Origin: Okamejei kenojei
Lineage: Eukaryota
DNA length: 64,000 bases
Direction: 5' to 3'
Assembly (NCBI GenBank): GCA_035221665.1
Contig: CM069159.1
Location: 27,838,001 to 27,902,000, forward strand
Within the stretch, counting starts at the first letter, position 1, and every line of letters begins with the position of its first letter. Positions 46,450 to 59,577 of the stretch are shown here, in pieces. A program made the translations under genes and the position numbers. The notes beneath the pieces were generated by a model. That model had not been told where the DNA came from, ran no database searches, and was given only the letters and a program-made list of their open reading frames with translations.

Positions 46450-47170
46450 GTAGAGCAGTACAGTACAGGAAAGAGACCGTCACCCTACAATGTTTGTGCC
46501 GAACATCATGATACCATAAGACATAGGAGCTGAATTAGAGGCCATTCAGCCATTTGTCTACTCCGCCAGTCAATCATGGCTGATTTATTTTTCTCTCTTA
46601 ACACCATTCACTTGCCTTCTTCCTGTAACCTTTGACATTCTTACTAATCAAGAACCTGTCAATCTCCGCCTTAAAAATACCCAAGGTCTTGGCCTCCACC
46701 GCTGACTGTGGCAATGAATTCCACCGATTCACCACCCTCTGGCTGAAGAAATTCCTCCCAATCTCCATTCTAAAGACACTCTCCATCTCCCCATCTCCAT
46801 TCTTTTATTCTGAGGCTATGCCCTCTGGTTCTAGACTTCCCCCATTACTGGAAACATATTTTTCATGTCCACTAACTTTTCCCTCCATTACCTCCATGTG
46901 CCTATCTAAAAGCTTCTTAAATGTCAATATTGTATCTGCCTCCACCACCACCCCTGGCAGTGCATTCCAGGCCCCCACTACTCTCTGTATAACTTCCCCA
47001 TGCATCTCCAGTAAATTGTCCCCCTCTTACCTTATAGATATGCCCTCAAGTATTGGGTAATTCCACCCTGGAAAAAAGGTTCTGACTGCCTGTACTATCA
47101 ATGTCTCTCATAATTTTACATACTTTTTTCCAGTCTCCTCTCAACCTCCAATGTTCCAGAGAAATAAGTC
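46450..47170 (-). mobile_element. Nested CR1 3' fragments
   Basis: FRMEIGRNFFSQRVVNRWNSLPQ and QRVVGAWNALPGVVVEADT on the minus strand. Confidence 0.8.
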
Positions 47171-47199
47171 CATGTTAAGTCCTTTTCCTTTAAGGACAC

Positions 47200-47610
47200 A
47201 GGTTTGTGTATCATCAGATGATCAAAGTATTTAGAGTGAAAAGCTGGAGGCGAGGAAAGACAAAGACCAGTAGGGCCGGCAACAAATGACCTCAGTAAGG
47301 GTGGTGCCTTGGTAGGCCCATTGTTGGCATGGGAAGGTGTGATCTCAAGAGGGATTCAATGTGGTGAACTGTGGAACTGGTTAACTGATGAGAGTGGAGG
47401 AAGGGGGCAAGGCAGGAAGAGGGAGGGGAAGGGAGTTAGATAATTCAATGCTCATACCACTGGGTTTTGAGCTACCAAAGTGAAATATGAGGTGGTGTTC
47501 ACTCTGGCAATGGTGGAGGCCCAGGACATAGAGGTCACTATGGGAATGGGAAGGGGAGTTGAAATGCTTGGCAACCATGAGATCCCATAGGCCTTGGCGA
47601 ACTTGCTTGC
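47200..47610 (-). pseudogene. Older Penelope GIY-YIG 3' fragment
   Basis: VAKHFNSPSHSHSDLYVLGLHHCQSEHHLIFHFGSSKPSGMSIELSN resembles the 32460-32630 C-terminus. Confidence 0.7.
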
Positions 47611-48724
47611 TTTTAACACTTACTGCAGCAATGCTTGTAAATTTAATATGCAAGGAATTGCAAAGCACTCAAGAGGTGTCTCACACAGTCCGCGCTGCAA
47701 ATGATTACAGTTTATAACTTAATCAAGCAGCTATTGTTTTACAGGTAAATGCAAAAAGTCAATCACTCTCTTGTTAATAGATGAATATTTTAGTTGTTGG
47801 GCTGTGATGATAGGGCTCACTGTGGGGATATGGCTCTTAAAGATAGCAGAGCCAGGGGATATGGGGAGAAGGCAGGAACAGGGTACTGATTAGGAATGAT
47901 CAGCCATGATCACATTGAATGGCAGTGCTGGCTCGAAGGGCCGGATGGCCTACTCCTGCATCTATTGTCTATTGTCTATCGTCTATTGTCTATTGATGCA
48001 GTCTGTCATGGAAGTGTAGGCAGATCACCCACTAATGAAAGAAAGGATGGTTTAGGAATCTGAAAATCAAGCACAGAAAATTTGCATTCGAAATCCATCA
48101 CATGGTGCTACTATGATTTTTTTAATTAATTGACAGTTTCTGGCTGTTGTTAGCATAGACTCAAAGAACGATATGGCACAGAAACAAGACCATTGATGTG
48201 TCGAGTGCACTCACAACATCAACCCCGTGTTTATGTAAACTTCAGAAGTACAGCGCGGAAACCATCCCTTCCGCCCACCAAATCCACGACCACCAGCGGT
48301 CACCCCGTACATTAGGTGCGGCTCTTGAAGCCGTTCATGAACCACTTCCCCCACCAGACCCCCACCCAGTTAGCAGCTACATGCCGATTACAGTAATTGT
48401 TGATTTAATTCACTCTATGGTCATCACAGTAGGTATGTAATGTGCGCCAGGACGAATGGTGCATGGATTACCTTTTAAACGGAATCATGCAATATGCACA
48501 AAACACTTCTGCTCTCTCTGCTTCCAGATTGGAAATCAAAATGTAACTGCATCCTGAAATAGAAAAACATGCTGCAGGGTCCATAAAACACACTCGGTTT
48601 TGTGCATCTCGCAGGCCCTGCTGCTATTACACCTGAAGGCTGGTTGTGAAACTGGAGATGAAATCTTTAATAATTCCATCATTCCTCCATTAAATATGAC
48701 AGGATTATAGAAAATCATGTCTGA

Positions 48725-48955
48725 CAGGAAGGCAGGCAGTTGTCCAATCATCTCCTGCAGGAAGGCAGGTATTTGTCCAATCATCTCCTACAGGAAGGCA
48801 GGTATTTGTCCAATCATCTCCTACAGGAGGCAGGTATTTGTCCAATCAAGTCCCACATGAAGGTGAGCATTTGTCCAATCATATCCATCCATGGAAGCAG
48901 ACATTGGCCTAATCACATCTACAGCATGTACCAAGGTGGGGCTTTGCCCAATCAT
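48725..48955. repeat. 33-bp minisatellite
   Basis: Unit caggaaggcaggtatttgtccaatcatctccta; about 4 good copies plus about 3 decaying ones. Confidence 0.9.
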
Positions 48956-49079
48956 AGCTGCACTGGTTGTAAGGAGTTCCAGAGTCTGACCCTACCTTCC
49001 AGTATTGGGTCAATAGTCCAAAAAGCTCTCCAAGTACATATATTGTTTAACTATGATGACAATTTTTGCCTTCTCCCAT

Positions 49080-49370
49080 TTAGTTTTAGTACTGAGATAC
49101 AGCATGGAAACAGGCCCTTTAGCCCATCAAGTCCTTACCGATCATCAATCACCCATTTATACCAGTTCTATGTTAACACATTTTTGCATCCACTCCGTAC
49201 ACACTAGGGGCAATTTACAGAGGCCCAATTAACCTACAAACCCACGATGCCTTCGGAATGTGGGAGAAACCTCGTGGTCACATGGAGAACGGGCAAACTC
49301 CACACAGACAGCACCCGAGGTCAGGATCGAACTGGGTGTCTGATACTGTGAGGCAGCAGTTCTACCAGCA
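49080..49370 (-). mobile_element. V-SINE copy
   Basis: gagatacagcatggaaacaggccc tail; caggatcgaactggg B box (reverse complement). Confidence 0.8.
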
Positions 49371-49863
49371 TGAAAGCAAACTCTGGGCTCTTTGGCTCCA
49401 ACAGGCTGACGGTTTATCTCCCGTTTGCAATATGTGGTGCTTCAATTACATATAGCGTTCATGCAAACCAAACCAAGCTCGGGGCCTGACTACCCCAACT
49501 GGGCTAGAGTGGACCATGAAAGAAAACCAAGCCTTAGGCATCAGATCCTGAGACTCCATCCCTAGGACTATCCCCATGGCCGGTAGACAGAGGACTTTCA
49601 GCACATCGTACGTGCATTTTGAAAATATAAATTCACTTCAAGACACATTGCGTGCTCTCAATCAATTAAAAATATTAGAATGAAGTTAAATAATATCACA
49701 CTTGCTTTAACCTCTTTCATTATGGCTAGCTAACTTATCAAATGAATGGGGTCTCTCTTTCCATGCTCCCTGCCTTTCCTGGAGGTATCTAGGTCCAGAT
49801 ACAACACATATCTGGGACCTCAGCTCTGGACAACATTGTTCTTGCTTCTGAACTCGAAGTCGT

Positions 49864-49913
49864 GGTTTAGTTTAGTTTAGTTTTGTTTAGTTTAGTTTAG
49901 TTTGGTTTAGTTT
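49864..49913. repeat. (GTTTA)n microsatellite, probably an expanded SINE/LINE tail
   Basis: gtttagtttagtttagttttgtttagtttagtttagtttggtttagttt. Confidence 0.9.
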
Positions 49914-50812
49914 GACCTCACATGTTGCATTGCGCATCAGAGCACAGCCATACTAGTCAAGAACTACTACAGACTGCAACTAGTTGCATTTCTCTGCAGG
50001 GCTGCCTGCTGAAGATCAACATGTGTGAAATGTGACTTTGCCTGATTTCCTTTCACAGACGACAATATTTCTGAGAGGTCCACAATTTATGAAGCACTAC
50101 AATTTTGCTCTAACACTTTCACAGTTGATTATATGTTAACTGACAGTTGCTATGGAGACTCGGCTCTCTGCTTAATCTCTGGAGCTGCTGAAATACACTT
50201 GATTTTTGACAGGATAGAGGAAATTGCATTTGCATATCACAATATTATTATAGTTTAGCTAAACAGGTGGTGAGAAACTCAAGTTCTTTTTTACATTAAG
50301 CTTTGCGGCTGATTGTTTGGCTAAGAATTATTTTTTCAGATAATTTGATACGTTTATAATACCAGACATCCAGATATGTAACTGAGACAATACTTAAGTG
50401 TAATGTGACTTACATTTTCGACCCGCCCCATCGGCTTTCTACTGCTAATTATACCTTTATCTCCAGATTGCAGCCCTGATCACAGCAACACTCTGTGCTA
50501 TCACACCTCCTTGGCCTCTCCCACCAAAGAGCAACGAGAACGTATGATTAGAACAGAACACTTCTCTAATGAAACTCTTGCCAGAAACCTTACAAATACT
50601 GACAGAATATTAATAATACAGATTTGCGCAGTGCCATCTGTACAAATACTTGAAGCATAAATAAAGGCATTGGTAATTTATTCAACTTCTGTGCACAAAT
50701 GTTCTTCTCAGCTACCCTGGAAAATGGGTGACAGATAGAGTCATAGAAATATACAGCATGGAAACATCCTTCTGCTCAAATTGCCCATGCTGACCAAGAT
50801 GCCATATCTACA

Positions 50813-51326
50813 TTTCTTGCCATAGAGGGAGTACAGAGAAGGTTCACCAGACTGATTCCTGGGATGTCAGGACTTTCATATGAAGAAAGACTGGATAGAC
50901 TCGGCTTGTACTCGCTAGAATTTAGAAGATTGAGGGGGGATCTTATAGAAACGTACAAAATTCTTAAGGGGTTGGACAGGCTAGATGCAGGAAGATTGTT
51001 CCCGATGTTGGGGAAGTCTAGAACAAGGGGTCACAGTTTAAGGATAAGGGGGAAATCTTTTAGGACCAAGATGAGAAAAACATTTTTCACACAGAGAGTG
51101 GTGAATCTCTGGAATTCTCTGCCACAGAAGGTAGTTGAGGCCAGTTCATTGGCTATATTTAAGAGGGAGTTAGATGTGGCCCTTGTGGCTAAAGGGATCA
51201 GGGGGTATGGAGAGAAGGCAGGTACAGGATACTGAGTTGGATGATCAGCCATGATCATATTGAATGGCGGTGCTGGCTCGAAGGGCCGAATGGCCTACAC
51301 CTGCACCTATTTTCTATGTTCCTATG
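50813..51326 (+). mobile_element. Young CR1 3' end inserted into an older antisense CR1
   Basis: Open frame LAIEGVQRRFTRLIPGMSGLSYEERL...GYGEKAGTGY-stop; near-identical to 58375-58887; (tttctatg)n tail. Confidence 0.92.
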
Positions 51327-52349
51327 TTTACACTAGTCCCACCTATTCGCATTTGGCCCATATCCCTCTAAACCATTCTTATCCATGTATCTATCCATAT
51401 GTCTTTCAAATGTTATTATAACACCTGCATCAACTACCTCCTCTAGAAGCTCGATCCATATACCCACCTGTGTTAAAAAAAGTTGCCCATTGGGTTCTGA
51501 TTGTCTAATTGTTAGCAAATTCAGCTAGTGGTCATACCCAAGAATGTCAATTGTAGTGAAATCATAGGGATTGTAACATCCAGTCCTACTAATCAATCTT
51601 TCCCCTTTCACCTCACACCCATGACCTCTGGTTCTCGATTCTCCTACTCCTGGTAAAAGTCTCTGTGCATCCCCCCTATCTATGCACCTCATGATCTTGT
51701 ACGCTTCTCTAAGCTGATGCCTCATCCTGTGCTCCAAGGAATAAAGTCCTAGCCTCCCCAACCTCACCCTATAGCTCAGGCCCTCAAATCCTGGCAACAT
51801 CCTTGTGAAACATCTCTGTATTCTATCCAGATTAGCAGCATCCTTCCTATAGCAGGAGGACCAAAACAGAATACAGTACTCCCAGCATGAAGCTGATTGC
51901 CATGGAATGGTTGCTTCTCTGTCTGGTTCACAGGGAAACTTCTTAGACCGTGGTCAGCAGAAGATAACGTCACCGACATCTGGTTCTACTGTCATTCCTC
52001 GCCAGATGCTCATCACATCTGTCACACCCCGGTACAATTAAAATATGTCACCAAAATATGAATTCTGTGCCGTTATTTTCTCTTTCTCTGAAATATGTTG
52101 TTTTTTAGCTCATGTGTCACAGACCATAGCACAAATTATGCTTAATTTAACATTTTGATGCAATAAATCATCTAAATATGTCCCCAAGAGAATGCCCCAA
52201 CCTCTCCCATCAGGGGAAAAAAAAATACAATTAAAATTCCTTTTTGGTTAATGGGAGGATCCTTGGCCATTTTGCACTTTGTTCTGGTTATTTTGGGGTG
52301 TTATGTTTTTTTTAATTTGCTTGTTTACTTGAAAAAAAATTGGTGAGGC

Positions 52350-53000
52350 CACACTTGAAGTACCAGCAGTGGCTGAGCACGCGCATATTGTACAAGAGGC
52401 TACATTTGGAGTATTATGTTCAGATTTGGTCACCCTGCCTATCAGAAAGCTGGCGTTAAGCTGGGAAGAGCGCAGAGAAGATTTACGAGGATGTTGCCAG
52501 GACTTGAAGGCTTGAGCTATAGGGAGAGGTTGAGCAGAACTTCATTCATTGGATTAAAGGAGGATGAGGAATGTTCTTATCGAGGTGCATAAAATTATGA
52601 GGGGAATAGATAAGGTGAATGCACAGAACCTTTTTCCCAGAGCAGTGAAATCAGAGCATGTGCTAGAAGGCAAAGGTTTAAGGTGAGAAGGGATAGATTT
52701 AAGAATAAACTTTTCACACACACGGTAGTAGGTATATGGAAAGAACTGCCAGAGGAAGTAGATGGGGTCAGTACAATAACATTTAAAAGACATTTCGACT
52801 GGTACACTGACTGGTTAGCATGCAACAAAAAGCTCTTCACTGTACCTCAGTACACGTGACAATAAACTAAACTAATTAAACTAAACTAAACATGAATAGG
52901 AAAGGTTTAGAGGAATATGAGCCAAATATCGGCAAATGAGATGAGAATGGTTGGCATGGACAGGTTGGGCTGAAGGGCCTGTTTCCAGGGTGTATGACTA
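52350..53000 (+). mobile_element. CR1 3' fragment
   Basis: ttggagtattatgttcagatttggtcaccc, agatttacgaggatgttgccaggacttga and the 3'UTR. Confidence 0.8.
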
Positions 53001-53584
53001 TGATTCTCCGTGTCCATCCTCTGGTGTTACTACAGGGCACCTGTTAATGTCTGTGGACAGCATGGGTGGTTGTGTAGATGAATGAGCTGTCTCCATGACT
53101 TCAGAAGGTAGACACAAGAAGCTGGAGTAACTCAGCGGGTCAGGGAGTGTCTCTGGAGAAAAGGAATCGAGACCTTTCTTCAGACATCGGCTTCAGCGCG
53201 AATGTCAGGCAGATTGGTCACTGGACTGAAGCGGCAGGAGAGTGACATAAACCCCTCCGTGTCGCCATCCCCACTGCAAATTAATTGAAAAACAAATCAA
53301 TGGCAATAGCCTTGCAGCAGAGAGAACATGGCTTCAAATCTGCACGAATCTGGAGCGATTACAATTACAATTTTAGATTTTAAAACTATCCAGGTATCCC
53401 CTAGTCAGAGATATTGTTCATTATGCTCTACACTGACTCCCTGCCTGGGAATTATCGTTGGCTCCTGTGTCTTGTGCATGATGCACTCTGGGGGATTTCA
53501 TATATATATATGAATCCTTAGCTCTACATTCTGTTATCTGTTGAATCAGGAAGCAAAAATTGAACGGCTATGATATCTCATTAC

Positions 53585-54585
53585 GGCTGGTCACCCTGCC
53601 ATAGGAGAGATGTCATTAAACTGGAAAGAGTGCAGAGGGGATTTGCGAGGATGTTGACAGGATTCGAGGGCCTGAGCTATAGGGAGAGGTTGGGCAGGGT
53701 TGGGCTTTATTCCTTGAACACAGGAGGATGGATAGTGATCTTACAGAGGTGTATCAAATCATGAGAGGAGTAGACAGGGTGTATGCATGGAGATCCGTAC
53801 CCAGGGTATGGGCATCAAGAACTAGAGGACATAGGTTTAAGGTGAGAGGGGAAAGATTTAATAAGATCCGGAGGAGCACTTTTTTGTACAGAGTGTGGTG
53901 GGTATATGGAACGAGCTACCCGAGACAGGAATAATAAAATTTAAAAGACATTTGGACCGATACACGAGCCTCGATCTCACAAACCCAAGAGCATTGTAGG
54001 AGCACTTTCACCAGAAGGATGGCAGTGGTTCTAGAAGGTAGCTCACCAGCACATTTTCAAGGCAAGATGTGGATGGATAGCTTGCCCTGGGCTCCATGAG
54101 AAATGCCTATATCTGCCCGTGGTACAATAAACTAGAGAGATATATACATTGCTGGGTGACCAGTTTACAGAATAACTCCAGTCCGTCTACTGATTTGAAG
54201 CCTTGCTTCGACTTGGCAGTTTCCTGAATTCTCCGCCCTATTCCCACTCTGCCCTCTGCTCTTGGTCTCCCACCTTCTTCCAACTGAGCTTGAGGTAAAC
54301 TTAATGAGCAATGCCTCAACTTCCATCCGAGCAGAGGACAGTCTTCGGGGATCAACATTGAATACAATTTCAGATAACCTGCTACCTCACAATTGATTAT
54401 ATTTTTTGGCTTCTCTTCCAGTAAATGGATAGGAAGGGTTTAAAGGAATGGATAAATGGATTGGAAGGGTTTAGAGGAATACGGGCCAAATGCAGGTAAA
54501 TGGGACTAGTCCAGTTTGCCACCTTGGTCAGCATTGACAAGTTGGGCTGAAGGGCCTGTTTCCATGCTGTGCAGGTCTATGACTA
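53585..54585 (+). mobile_element. CR1 3' fragment split by a ~460-bp block of older repeats (53965-54420)
   Basis: WSPCHRRDVIKLERVQRGFARML...; the 3'UTR resumes at atggataggaagggttta. Confidence 0.7.
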
Positions 54586-56515
54586 TTTTAGTTCATTCAC
54601 CTCCTGTTTACAACTCGTCTTCTTTCAGCCAACACCATCCAGAGCTTTGCCCATTTCCGACCTTCCTTCCTAATCTCTCTGCCCTGCTACATTACTCTGA
54701 AACCTATTTTATATCTGACTTATCTTATGAATGGGAAGAAGCAAGAGTGACCGGGGTGGGACAGGGTCTGTTGGCCGCTTTCTGAGAGAGCATCAAAAGT
54801 AAATGGTGCTAATGGTGGGGGAAGGCTGGTCAGTGTGATGGACTGGGCAACGTGTACAGTTGTCTGCAATTGATTGTGGTCTTGGGCAGAGCTTTTCCCC
54901 AACCAAACAGTTTGTCTGAACAGATTTTGAAACAGAACAGCCCCAAGGTGTTGATGCTGATGTTAATTTTGGACGGGTAATGTTATTTTTCACTGTCATT
55001 ATCCACCTGTTTGTCGTCTTCAGTCTGCGTTGCGTGGACAGCAGCTCCATTATACAACCGAGGGGCTGGAAGCTGTAAATGTCTCATCTTTTGTAATCAC
55101 TGAAATGTGTTTTTTTTTTGTTATTGTCAGCCTTTTTCAGCCATCTGCACAATGTTTTTGCAGAGGAATTTAAACAACACCAACTCGTTTGAGTTATCCG
55201 ACTCCCCCCCCCCCCCCCCCCCCCCCCCCCACACACAGCTGAGATATGCTTATCCCAAATGAAAATGTACAGCACAAAATCACACCCTACAGCCCATCAT
55301 GTCCACTCCAACCAAGTTGGCGTGGATGGCTGGTGGCGTTTGCCTGCATTTGTCCAATAACTCACCCATCCCTGGGTTTTCCATTTTCCTTGCACATCCA
55401 AAAGACTCACAGGTGTGTGGGTTACTAGCATTCTGTACGTTGCCCCCTAGTGCGCAGGACGTGGAAGTGAGATAACCTAGAACTAGTGTACAGGTGATCG
55501 ATGGTCTCCATGGACTCGGTGGGTCGAAGGCCGGTCATATCTTTGGAGCGTGACAGAAAACCGGAGCATCCAGAGAAATCTCCACACAGTCACTGGGTGA
55601 AAGTGTAAACTCCTCAAAGATACCAAGGATTCACTACACTCAGTCCCTGAGTTTAGAAAAAATATTAGTCACGTATTGCCTGGATTAAAGCTTGTTAGCT
55701 ATAGGGAGAAGTGGGACTGATGGATTGTTTTCTCTGGAGGTTGAGGGGTGAACTGATGGAAGTATGTAACATTATGAGAAGATAGGGTAGCTGTGCAAAA
55801 CCTTTTTTCACGGGGTGGAATTGTCAATGAATGCAGGGCATAGCTTTAAGATGAGAGGGGCAAAGTTTAAATTAGTAGTGCAGGGCAAGTGTTTTACACA
55901 GAGGATGCTGGGTGCCTGTTATGCGGCTGCAGTAAGAACTTCTTTGTTCTATTTTCAGTAGGCATGACAATTAAACACCCTTGCCTCTCTCTTGAGTCCG
56001 TTTCCTTGATGCATTGTAGTCAATGCTGTCGCTCGCTGTACTCTCCCTTCTGGATGCAACATGTTAGATTAAAAATCATAAGGATTATGACAATGCCCAC
56101 ATCCAAAATATATTACTTGAGAGTTCTGTCGATTCCTATATTGAATTGAAATGGGGAGTTTGGATTCATTGAGGCTAGATTGTGCAGATGGCAACATTTT
56201 AGTACTTTTGATTGCAGTGTGAACTGAGACTCACACTCTGGAGCAAATAATCCTTGTAATTCAAAGTGAAGAGGCAAGACGTTTCATTTTCTCCAGCCAC
56301 ACAATTACTATGAGGAATGATGAGCATTCTTGATACATTTCTTTTGCGTTTTCATTTGAACTCGCAGGTCGCGAGACAATTGTCCTTCTCATGTTCCCCT
56401 TCTTATCTCCTTAAATTCTTCGCTTCATTGCTAAGTGCCACTTTGACGGCACTTGGTCCTACGCTCTAGAGATGCAGGTACAACTTTATTTGCCTTTACC
56501 CACCACAGACTAGAC

Positions 56516-56790
56516 CAGGGGTGGGGAACCTTGTCACGTTGGAATGCCGCATTAAGTTAGCTGTAATCTAATAAGGCCACATCCAAGAAACTTCAATTAT
56601 ATACACTTCAAAACGTATATTATTTTGTTAAAATAGCCCTCATGACTTACTGATGATTAATTGTGGCCGTCAGTCGGGGAGGATTATTTCGTTGAATCTT
56701 CTTTTACTCTTTGGTATTTTAAATACGTTCATTTTAAGATTAAAATTAAAATAATAAAAGACGAACAAAAACATATTAATAAAAATAAAA
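56516..56790 (+). mobile_element. hAT (Charlie-like) left end, truncated
   Basis: caggggtggggaacct terminus preceded by gactagac (8-bp CTAG-centred target); no right TIR found. Confidence 0.55.
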
Positions 56791-56857
56791 GGTTAGTCAA
56801 AAATGCTAGAGAATCTCAGCGGGGTGAGGCAGCATCTATGGAGCGAAGGAAATAGGC

Positions 56858-56885
56858 GACGTTTCGGGTCGAGACCTTTCTTCAG
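56858..56885 (-). ncRNA. Minimal hammerhead core with a 4-bp stem I
   Basis: aggu-CUGAAGA-A-AGGUCUCGACCC-GAAAC-GUC-gccu; A-C mismatch at the base of stem II. Confidence 0.55.
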
Positions 56886-57647
56886 ACCTGACTTGACAGC
56901 ACCGGTCACCCGTGTTCGATCGTAACTACGGATGCTGTCTTTGTGCTCCGGTTTCCTCCCACAATCCAAAGACGTGCAGGTCTGTTGGTTAATTGGCTTC
57001 TGTAAATTGTCCCTAGTGTGTACAATAGTACTGGTGTTGATGGGTGATAGCAGTCGGCGTGAACTCAGCGGACTGAAGGGCCGAAGAGCCCGTTTCCTGC
57101 TGGTATCTCTAAACTAAACTAAACTAAACATAATTCATAGCTGAGGTAGGATGGGTAGAAGGAATGGGTGACGTATCGGGTCGAGAAACTCGTCTTGCCT
57201 TCTGATTATAATTCATCCGATTATACTCTGGTGAAAGTATCAAACAACTCTGAGATCCTAGTTATATAATGTCCAAAGAATAATTAAAAATTAGTTTAAA
57301 CCCTTGATAATGCAATGATTGGTCATGTTTGCCTTTCTTATCTCCTCCACTTTGATTATCTAGTCTTTAGCAGATTCCCTACCAGCTAAATTGGCCTGTT
57401 ATAAAGAAAATCACAGAACCAGTAATGCTGTCTTTTGCAACTTGCTTTGGACAGCTTTATTACTGCAGTAGAATGAAAAATCAGCTAATTAAGATTTAAT
57501 AACATTATATTTAAACATTATAATAACAGCTTTTAACATGAGTCACATTCATCTTTAATCTCCAAACCGAGAGGCCGAGCATATGGTGGTGCTGATAATT
57601 GAGTGCATAGTTACGGGAGAACTGGTTAACCAATAATTGAAACATTG

Positions 57648-58887
57648 GATAACTAGTAGAGTGGATAAGGGAGAACCAGTGGATGTGTTATATCTGGACT
57701 TTCAGAAGGCTTTCGACAAGATCCCACATAAGAGATTTGTATACAAACAGTATAAAGCACACGGTATTGGGGGTACAGTATTGATGTGGATAGAGAACTG
57801 GCTGGCAGACAGGAAGCAAAGGGTAGAAGTAAACGGGTCCTTTTCAGAATGGCAGGCATTGACTAGTGGGGTACCGCAAGGCTCAGTGCTGGGACCCCAG
57901 CTATTTACAATATATATTAATGATTTGGATGAGGGAATTGAATGCAACATCTCCAAGTTTGCGGATGACACAAAGCTGGGGGGCAGTGTTAGGTGTGAGG
58001 AGGATGCTAGGAGGCTGCAAGGTGACTTGGATAGGCTGGGTGAGTGGGCAAATGCATGGCAGATACAGTATAATGTGGATAAATGTGAGGTTATCCACTT
58101 TGGAGGCAAACAGGAAGGTAGCCTATTATCTGAATGGTGGCCGATTAGGAAAAGGGGAGATGCAACAAGACCTGGGTGTCATGATACACCAGTCATTGAA
58201 AGTAGGCATGCAGGTGCAGCAGGCTGTGAAGAAAGCGACTTGGTATGTTAGATTTCATAGCAAAAGGATTTGAGTATAGGAGCAGGGAGGTTCTACTGCA
58301 GTTGTACAGGGTTTTGATGAGACCACACCTGGAGTATTGCATACAGTTTTGGTCTCCAAATCTGAGGAAAGACATTCTTGCCATAGAGGGGGTACAGAGA
58401 AGGTTCACCAGACTGATTCCTGGGATGTCAGAACTTTCATATGAGGAAAGACTGGATAGACTCGGCTTGTACTCACTAGAATTTAGAAGATTGAGGGGGG
58501 ATCTTATAGAAACTTACAAAATTCTTAAGGGGTTGGACAGGCTAGATGCAGGAAGATTGTTCCCGATGTTGGGGAGGTCCGGAACAAGGGGTCACAGTTT
58601 AAGGATAAGGGGGAATTCCTTTAGGACCGAGATGAGGAAAACATTTTTCACACAGAGAGTGGTGAGTCTCTGGAATTCTCTGCCACAGAAGGTAGTTGAG
58701 GCCAGTTCATTGGCTATATTTAAGAGGGAGTTAGATGTGGCCTTTGTGGCTAAAGGGATCAGGGGGTATGGAGAGAAGGCAGGGTCAGGATACTGAGTTG
58801 AATGATCAGCCATGATCATATTGAATGGCGGTGCAGGCTCGAAGGGCCGAATGGCCTACTCCTGCACCTATTTTCTATGTTTCTATG
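57648..58887 (+). pseudogene. CR1 LINE ORF2 (RT to C-terminus) plus 3'UTR, 5'-truncated and frameshifted
   Basis: VDVLYLDFQKAFDKIPH, SGVPQGSVLGPQLFTIYINDL, ISKFADDTKL, RPHLEYCIQFWSP; stop at 58794-58796; tttctatgtttctatg tail. Confidence 0.95.
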
Positions 58888-58909
58888 GATGAAGCTGTAA
58901 AGTCAAGTG

Positions 58910-59530
58910 GGATGGCACGGCGGAGCAACGGTAGAGTCGCTGCCTTATGGTGCCATAGACCCAGATTCAATCCTGACTACGGGTGCTGTCTGTACGGAGT
59001 TTGCGTGATCTCCCTGTGACCATGTGCGTTCTCTCTGGGTGCTCCAGTTTCCTCCCACACTCCAAAGGCATGTAGGTTTATTGGCTCCTGTAAATTGTCC
59101 CCAGTGTGTAGGTTAAAGCCCTGCCCCACGGTACGAGTTCATTCCAAGAGCTCTCCCAAGTTTAAAAAAAAATCAAATTCGTGGTAAGCACGGAGAATGA
59201 ACGCAGCGGGTACGTCGGAGCTCGGGGACGTCTCTTCGTGGTAACGGCAGGTACTCAGGAAGACTCGCTAACGGCAGGTGAGCACGGGAAGACTCGTGAA
59301 GATTTTTCAACATGATGAAAAACGTCCACGAGAGCCCCGAGTACCGACGAGCGGCCATTTCTGTAAATCTCCGAGTTCGAATCAGGGCAAACTCGGGAGA
59401 AATCTTGGAATGAACTCGTCACGTGGGACAGGGCTTTTAGAACTAGTGTGCAGGTGATCGATGGTCAATGTGGACTTGGTGGGCTGAAGGTCCCGTTTCC
59501 ACACTCTATCTATAAACTAAAACTAAACTA
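58910..59530 (+). mobile_element. V-SINE interrupted by a MITE
   Basis: Head and V-domain 58910-59112, tail 59440-59530. Confidence 0.85.
59116..59436. mobile_element. Harbinger/PIF-type MITE, family A
   Basis: Exact TTA TSD (59113-59115, 59437-59439); TIR aagccctgccccacg.../...cgtgggacagggctt; homologous to 42788-43062. Confidence 0.85.
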
Positions 59531-59577
59531 AAGACTACTTTTCTTGTTTGGATGAAGATGAAAACTGTTAAATATCA

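Noticed and set aside
48472-48553. Possible 82-nt minus-strand exon (tttttctatttcag ... aaag|gtaatc; open frame CSYILISNLEAERAEVFCAYCMIPFK)
   Set aside because: Peptide not recognised, no supporting neighbouring exons, and on the opposite strand to the other candidates; indistinguishable from chance
48725-48955. CRISPR array, or a repeat protein (ORF 48740-49207, SNHLLQEGRYL repeats)
   Set aside because: Units are contiguous with no unique spacers, there are no cas genes, and the context is eukaryotic; the ORF reflects a unit length divisible by 3
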